Source of the DNA: Verrucomicrobiota bacterium
GTDB taxonomy: Bacteria > Verrucomicrobiota > Verrucomicrobiia > Limisphaerales > SXQI01
Assembly (NCBI GenBank): GCA_033762115.1
Contig: JANRLX010000027.1
Location: 1-64,000 of the forward strand
Length of the DNA: 64,000 nucleotides
Reading direction: 5' to 3'
Shown here: piece after piece, positions 58,791 through 64,000 of the stretch
Position numbering within the stretch: position 1 is the stretch's first letter
How the letters are laid out: every line of letters begins with the position of its first letter
Program-made: the position numbers and the translations under genes
The notes under the pieces: generated by a model
Told to the model about the DNA's origin: nothing
The model's database searches: none
Seen by the model: only the letters and a program-made list of their open reading frames with translations

Positions 58791-60854
58791 CTACCAGATT
58801 TTGACCCGATCTTCCGGTTTTTTATACATCTTCTCGCCCGGTTTGATATCAAAAGCATCGTAGAATTCCTGCAAATTGACATGGGGTCCCACGGCGCGAA
58901 ATTGTCCCGGCGAATGAGGTCCCACGGTTATTTGACGCTGTAATGCCGCATCCCGCCAATTGATCCGCCATACCTGGGACATGGAAAGAAAAAAGCGTTG
59001 CTCAGGCGTAAAACCATCGATCATCTTCCGTTTGGAAGGATCCTTCGCCAGGGCACGTTGCAACGCTTCATAGGCGATGCTTGCGCCCCCGAGATCGGCA
59101 ATATTTTCACCGAGGGAAAGACGGCCATTCACTTTCAACCCTGGCAAGGCTTCATACTGGTTATACTGCTCAACCAGTTTTTCCGCGCGCGCTTCAAACG
59201 CTTTGCTGTCCTCAGCGGTCCACCAGTCATTAAGGTTGCCGTCAATATCGTATTTGCGTCCCTGATCATCATAACCGTGGGTAATTTCATGGCCGATCAC
59301 ATAACCGATGGCGCCATAGTTTACCGCGTCATCCGCTTCAAGATCAAAGAACGGTGGCTGGAGAATTCCGGCAGGGAAGGCAATTTCGTTTTGCGTCCCG
59401 CTGAAGTAGGCATTCACCGTTTGAGGGGTCATGCTCCATTCATTTTTGTCCACTGGTTTGCCGATCCGGTCAAACCGGCGTTTCGTATCAAATGCCTCGG
59501 CCCGCTGCACGTTCCCGAGATAATCATCCGGTTTGATCTCCACTGAGGAATAATCACGGAACTTATCTGGATGCCCTATTTTTCTTTTGAAACGCGCAAA
59601 TTTGGCCAGAGCCTTTTCACGTGTCGGTGGGGTCATCCATTCCAGTTTGCCGAGTCGGTCCCGAAATACAGCCTCAAGATTGTCAATCAGTTCATTCATG
59701 CGCTTCCGGGCGGCTGGCGTGAAATGCTTCTGCACATACACCTCTCCCACTGCTTCTCCAATGCCGTCGTCAATCACTCGGGCGGCCCGTTTCCATCGCG
59801 GTTCCTGCTCAGGAATCCCGTTGATTACAGCACCGTAAAAAGCAAACGACTCCGCGCTCGCTGCCTCATGCAAATAAGGGGCCGCACTGGAAATGATATG
59901 CCATGACACATAGGTCTTTAAATCTTCCATCGGCGTTTCCTTCAGCAAAGTTTCCAGTGTGCCAAAGAATGCTGGCTGACCGACAATCATTTCCGGCAGA
60001 TCTGTGAGGTGGGCTGCAGCAAGGTAACTGCTTAATGGCAGACCGGGATATTTTTTGAGCAAATCCGATCGGGTGAACTTGTGATAATTGGCCAGGGCAT
60101 CTCGAAGATCGACCTTTGATTTGCTTCCCTGTGCCAGTGCGGTCTCCAGACTTATAATGCGATCCGCTTTCGCGATCGCCTTCTCTTCCGAGTCCCCGAG
60201 CAGCCGGAACATCTTTGTAATATGTTTCTGGTAGGCTTCTCGGATTTTGGCGAATCCTTCGCTCAGATAATACTCACGATCAGGCATTCCAAGCCCTCCC
60301 TGGCTTAAATAAAAACCATAAACAGAGCTTTTTTTCTGGTCCGGGTAGGCGGCAGCCCCAAAAAATGAACTGACTCCCCGCCGATGCAGATCGGCCATCA
60401 ATTCGAACAACTCATCCACCGACTTGCATGCCATGACTTTTTTCAAATCCGGCTGGACGGGGGAGAATTGCAGTTGCTCCAGCCGATTCGTATCGAGAGC
60501 TGACCGAAAAAAATTTCCAACCTGTTGCTCCGGACCCTTTTCGGTGGCCTGAACAGATTCTTCCAGGATCCGCTTGATCAAATATTGGTTTCGCTCCCGT
60601 AACTGGGCAAACGCCCCCCAGGAAGGCTTGTCTGATGGAACAGGATTTTTCTTTGCCCAGGTTCCTGAAGCATATTGATAAAAATCGGTTCCCGGAGCCA
60701 CTGACCGATCCATGTGCTCGACAGAAAAGCGGGGGATTTCAGGCTCAACATCAGCGGCGCTGCCCAAAGTTGTGGTCACTGCCAGCATGGCTGCTGAAAA
60801 CCATTGGGTAGCAATTGATTGAAGCAGGGAAGGCTTAAAGCTGGTCATTCGCAT
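58791..60854 (-). CDS. M13 family metalloendopeptidase (PepO/neprilysin-like)
   Basis: VNAYF, FPAGILQPPF, GHEITHGYD, GENIAD, HSP. Confidence 0.95.
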   Translation of the reverse strand: MRMTSFKPSLLQSIATQWFSAAMLAVTTTLGSAADVEPEIPRFSVEHMDRSVAPGTDFYQYASGTWAKKNPVPSDKPSWGAFAQLRERNQYLIKRILEESVQATEKGPEQQVGNFFRSALDTNRLEQLQFSPVQPDLKKVMACKSVDELFELMADLHRRGVSSFFGAAAYPDQKKSSVYGFYLSQGGLGMPDREYYLSEGFAKIREAYQKHITKMFRLLGDSEEKAIAKADRIISLETALAQGSKSKVDLRDALANYHKFTRSDLLKKYPGLPLSSYLAAAHLTDLPEMIVGQPAFFGTLETLLKETPMEDLKTYVSWHIISSAAPYLHEAASAESFAFYGAVINGIPEQEPRWKRAARVIDDGIGEAVGEVYVQKHFTPAARKRMNELIDNLEAVFRDRLGKLEWMTPPTREKALAKFARFKRKIGHPDKFRDYSSVEIKPDDYLGNVQRAEAFDTKRRFDRIGKPVDKNEWSMTPQTVNAYFSGTQNEIAFPAGILQPPFFDLEADDAVNYGAIGYVIGHEITHGYDDQGRKYDIDGNLNDWWTAEDSKAFEARAEKLVEQYNQYEALPGLKVNGRLSLGENIADLGGASIAYEALQRALAKDPSKRKMIDGFTPEQRFFLSMSQVWRINWRDAALQRQITVGPHSPGQFRAVGPHVNLQEFYDAFDIKPGEKMYKKPEDRVKIW

Positions 60855-60969
60855 GACGACAAATTACCCGTTCAAATGGAAAAGTCAGGTGAATCCTTTT
60901 CTTTGTAACCACGCAGACCGCAACGTTCGTCTTAGACTCTGTCCTGGAGTAAAAATCGATTACATTTTT

Positions 60970-62304
60970 ATGCGCATACTTATTCCTGCTCTTTGCCTGG
61001 TAACCGCATTGGTGGCTGCCCATGCAGCCAGTCCCTCGGAAAACTCCTGGCCGCAATGGCGTGGACCGCTCGCCACGGGCGTCGCTCCCAAAGGCAAAGT
61101 CCCCTCCGAATGGAGTGAAGAGAAGAATGTGCAATGGAAATACCAAATTCATGGCTTCGGCTCTTCCACCCCGATTGTCTGGGGCAACCAGGTATTTATT
61201 CAGACTGCTGTTCCCACCGGCAAAAAAGAGGAAAAACCGCAGGCTGAAGAACCGTCAGGCAGGCGCGGACGCGGGGAAGTTCCAACCGAGTACCAGGATT
61301 TCGTGATTCTCTCAGTGGACAGGACAACCGGTAAACAACTTTGGCAAAAGACTGCCAGGACAGAACTTCCACATGAAGGCCATCATAAGGATCATGGGTT
61401 CGCCTCTGCTTCACCTGTAACTGATGGAGAACACCTCTACGTCTATTTTGGCTCCCGCGGGTTATATTGCTACGATCTTTCCGGAAATCTGAAATGGGAA
61501 AAGGACCTGGGTGACATGCGCACCCGGAACGGTTTTGGTGAAGGAAGTTCTCCAGCGTTGCACGGCAATACGCTGGTGGTGAATTGGGACCATGAAGGAG
61601 AGGATTTTATTGCCGCCCTTGATAAGCGAACTGGCAAGGAAATCTGGAGAAAGCCTCGTGAGGAGGCAACGACCTGGGTGACTCCTGTAATCTTTGAGCA
61701 CAGTGGCAAAACCCAGGTGGTAGTCAGCGCGACCACCAAAATTCGCAGTTACGACCTCAACAATGGAGAAGTCATCTGGGAATGTTCCGGAATGACTGCC
61801 AATGTCATTCCCACTCCGGTCATTGGCTTTGACATGGTTTATGCCTTAAGCGGCTTTCGCGGCAATTCCCTCCTCGCCATTAAGCTGGGCAGAACCGGAG
61901 ACCTTACAGGCACCGATGCAATCGCCTGGAGCCACAACAAAAATACTCCTTATGTCCCATCCCCTTTGCTTTACGGCGAAAGACTGTATTTCTTCGGGGG
62001 GAACAATGCCATCCTCTCCTGTTTTAATGCAAAAACGGGCAAGGTCCTGATTGATGCGGAACGGCTCCCTGGGATTTTTGGTGTGTATGGATCCCCGATT
62101 GCTGCGGATGGCAAGGTTTTCCTGGTTGGGCGGGAGGGCGTCTCTCTCGTCATCAAGGACTCCGATAAATTGGAACTGCTTGCCACCAACAAACTGGACG
62201 ACAAATTTGATGCCTCGCCTGCAATCAGCGGCAATCAACTCTTCCTTCGCGGTCATAAATTCCTTTACGCCATTTCAGACACCAAGGAGATGGCTGACAA
62301 ATAA
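60970..62304 (+). CDS. secreted PQQ-like (BamB-type) beta-propeller protein
   Basis: Signal peptide, WPQWRGP, repeated SP..G / G..W blades. Confidence 0.88.
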   Translation: MRILIPALCLVTALVAAHAASPSENSWPQWRGPLATGVAPKGKVPSEWSEEKNVQWKYQIHGFGSSTPIVWGNQVFIQTAVPTGKKEEKPQAEEPSGRRGRGEVPTEYQDFVILSVDRTTGKQLWQKTARTELPHEGHHKDHGFASASPVTDGEHLYVYFGSRGLYCYDLSGNLKWEKDLGDMRTRNGFGEGSSPALHGNTLVVNWDHEGEDFIAALDKRTGKEIWRKPREEATTWVTPVIFEHSGKTQVVVSATTKIRSYDLNNGEVIWECSGMTANVIPTPVIGFDMVYALSGFRGNSLLAIKLGRTGDLTGTDAIAWSHNKNTPYVPSPLLYGERLYFFGGNNAILSCFNAKTGKVLIDAERLPGIFGVYGSPIAADGKVFLVGREGVSLVIKDSDKLELLATNKLDDKFDASPAISGNQLFLRGHKFLYAISDTKEMADK

Positions 62305-62355
62305 TCACGCTCTACATAAGCTCGAAGGCGACTGCACCATTCAGCCGCCAACAAA

Positions 62356-63168
62356 GTGCGTGAATTGCTTGCTGCCCTGTTCCAGGAACAGGATTACAAG
62401 CATCAGCTAAAAATCCATAGAGGGGAGATTTCCTCATTTTGGGGGAGCTCAAGGTGCTCCCCTGTTTTGGCTGAACGCAGAAAATGGATCGACTCCACGC
62501 CGGAGCTTAATTCATTTGAATCTCCGGAGGCAGTTCCCTTGCTGGCTGAAGCAACCGCCCTGCTTCGGCTTCCGGAAGCAATCTCCTCATGCCGTGTGCT
62601 GGGGACTTTTTTGGAACCCGATTTTCTGTTGTTAAAAAAGAATGAATCAGGCGCCTTTCAATTCGTCGGAGGCTCTGTTTGTTTTCCTTCATCATGGAAA
62701 CCGGAAGAAAAATTCGGCAAACCGCTTGCAGAAATTCATTCCCCGGTTCCCCACCTGAATGAGGAAATCGGGACGCAGATTCATCTCTTTCTTCAACGGC
62801 TCCGCCCTGGCCACTCCTGGGAGCGATATAATTGGGGATTAAGCCGTTCCTCCGAACTGAACCAGCATCCAGTTCGCAAGTTGCCTCCTCTTCTGCCAGA
62901 AACTGAACCCGGAGACATTTGGGTCCGGATTGAGCATCAATCCCTTCTCGCTCTTCCTGTCACGACCGGCATCCTCTTTGGAATTCGCATCGTGAATGTG
63001 CCGTTGCTCGATTTGCTGAAAGATTCCCAAATATCGATGCATTTCGCCCGCATGCTGAGAACGATGCCGGAGGAAATGGCCCGGTATAAGGGCATTTTAG
63101 CCATTCGCCCCAATTTATTGAGGCATATCGCTTCGCTCCCCCAACTCAGGATTGACGACCCTCATTGA
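62356..63168 (+). CDS. heme-dependent oxidative N-demethylase alpha subunit-like (DUF3445)
   Basis: VCFPSSW.P.EK.G..L.EIHSPVP, RYNW, RIEHQSL..LP, LFGIR. Confidence 0.78.
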   Translation: MRELLAALFQEQDYKHQLKIHRGEISSFWGSSRCSPVLAERRKWIDSTPELNSFESPEAVPLLAEATALLRLPEAISSCRVLGTFLEPDFLLLKKNESGAFQFVGGSVCFPSSWKPEEKFGKPLAEIHSPVPHLNEEIGTQIHLFLQRLRPGHSWERYNWGLSRSSELNQHPVRKLPPLLPETEPGDIWVRIEHQSLLALPVTTGILFGIRIVNVPLLDLLKDSQISMHFARMLRTMPEEMARYKGILAIRPNLLRHIASLPQLRIDDPH

Positions 63169-63291
63169 TTTTTGGAGGATTAATCTTCGCGATAGCAATC
63201 AGGTCTTCTTCATCCTCATTTTTATTTTTGGAATTATTCTCACTTCTCTGATCCTTCCACTTGCCCAGATGGCCCGGGCCAAAAATAATTG

Positions 63292-63318
63292 TTAAGTTTT
63301 TTTCTCTTCTTCCGATAG
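63292..63318 (+). promoter_or_regulatory. sigma28 (FliA) promoter
   Basis: TTAAGTTT -11- TCCGATAG vs consensus TAAAGTTT-N11-GCCGATAA, upstream of flagellin. Confidence 0.8.
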
Positions 63319-63405
63319 CAGACTTGTCGCAGAGTGCGACAGGAGCGCAGGCTGCCATTACAAGTGCCTGCACGGTTTGGTGGACACCGCAATCAAAGCG
63401 CCATC

Positions 63406-63463
63406 CACAGCAAGGACGCTGTGATCCAACAAAGGCCCATTCGGGCGACTCATGGAAGGAGTT
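63406..63463 (+). promoter_or_regulatory. two CsrA-type ANGGA hairpins in flagellin 5' UTR
   Basis: cacagc-AAGGAc-gctgtg (63406-23) and gactc-ATGGAag-gagtt (63447-63) overlapping the SD. Confidence 0.7.
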
Positions 63464-64000
63464 ATGGTAATCAATACAAACATTGCAGCACAGAATGGAG
63501 CACGTTTGCTCTCAGAATCCAACACAATGCTGGGCAAGTCTCTTGCCCGACTTTCCTCAGGATCGAAAATTGTTTCGCCTGAAGATGATGCAGCTGGGTT
63601 GGCGGTCTCATTAAGGTTCGACGCACAAGTGCGGCGAATCAATGCGGCAGACGCAAACGTGGGAAATGCAGTCTCACTGAACCAAACGCAGGACGGGTTC
63701 CTGAAAAAGGTCGGCAAAGCGCTTGACCGGATGAGTGAGCTCTCCATTCTCTCGCAGGATGTGACAAAAACGGACGACGATCGCGCGCTATATAATGCTG
63801 AGTTTGCCACTCTCGGCGCGTACATCGACGACATTGCCACGAAGGATTTCAACGGAGTGGCTTTGTTCGATGGGACAAGCCTGGATGTCACCACAGATGG
63901 TGACGGCGCTCTGTTCACAATGAGCGGAGTGGATTTGACCGCAGCAGCATATACTGATGCTTCTTCGTCCACAGTGGATTCGGTGGCGAATGCAGTCACG
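63464..64000 (+). CDS. fliC: flagellin (runs off window end; absent from ORF track)
   Basis: Manual translation: MVINTNIAAQNGARLLSESNTMLGKSLARLSSGSKIVSPEDDAAGLAVS...NVGNAVSLNQTQDG...RMSEL...DR...FNG. Confidence 0.96.
   Translation, partial: MVINTNIAAQNGARLLSESNTMLGKSLARLSSGSKIVSPEDDAAGLAVSLRFDAQVRRINAADANVGNAVSLNQTQDGFLKKVGKALDRMSELSILSQDVTKTDDDRALYNAEFATLGAYIDDIATKDFNGVALFDGTSLDVTTDGDGALFTMSGVDLTAAAYTDASSSTVDSVANAVT

Noticed and set aside
63358..63999. 213-aa minus-strand ORF at window end
   Set aside because: Antisense shadow of flagellin
1..64000. CRISPR arrays, tRNAs, IS elements, prophage or defence genes
   Set aside because: None seen by eye; intergenic gaps are short and lack spaced repeats, cloverleaf motifs or transposase ORFs

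Overview
Mostly core chromosome of a bacterium of roughly 50-55% GC (estimated by eye). The gene repertoire (two PVC-type CxxCH heme-binding dehydrogenase-like proteins, PQQ-propeller, S46 peptidase, plant-like LeuC) suggests Verrucomicrobiota; this assignment is an inference. The window opens on the 3' end of a 5S rRNA gene and closes inside a flagellin gene; neither is in the ORF track. Between them lie housekeeping genes (argG, alaS, ribBA, ribH, leuC, lpxA, radC, ffh, thiD, hisS, metF, sua5), dispersed surface-glycan genes (beta-barrel + short OPX + Wzc, Wzy_C/TPR ligase, methyltransferase, GH1-RmlD fusion, deacetylase + formyltransferase, four glycosyltransferases) and signalling genes. 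I saw no mobile element, CRISPR array, tRNA or defence system. The best candidates for novelty are: (1) a Wzy_C-TPR ligase / secreted FecR-domain protein / CHASE2 adenylate cyclase cluster beside a beta-carbonic anhydrase; (2) an ORF-less intergenic unit at about 49,960-50,155 with sigma54-like and sigma70-like promoters, a stem-loop and a strong terminator (candidate sRNA); (3) a recurrent leaderless-promoter architecture; (4) a sigma28 + CsrA-site flagellin leader. All functional calls come from motif recognition by eye; no searches were run.
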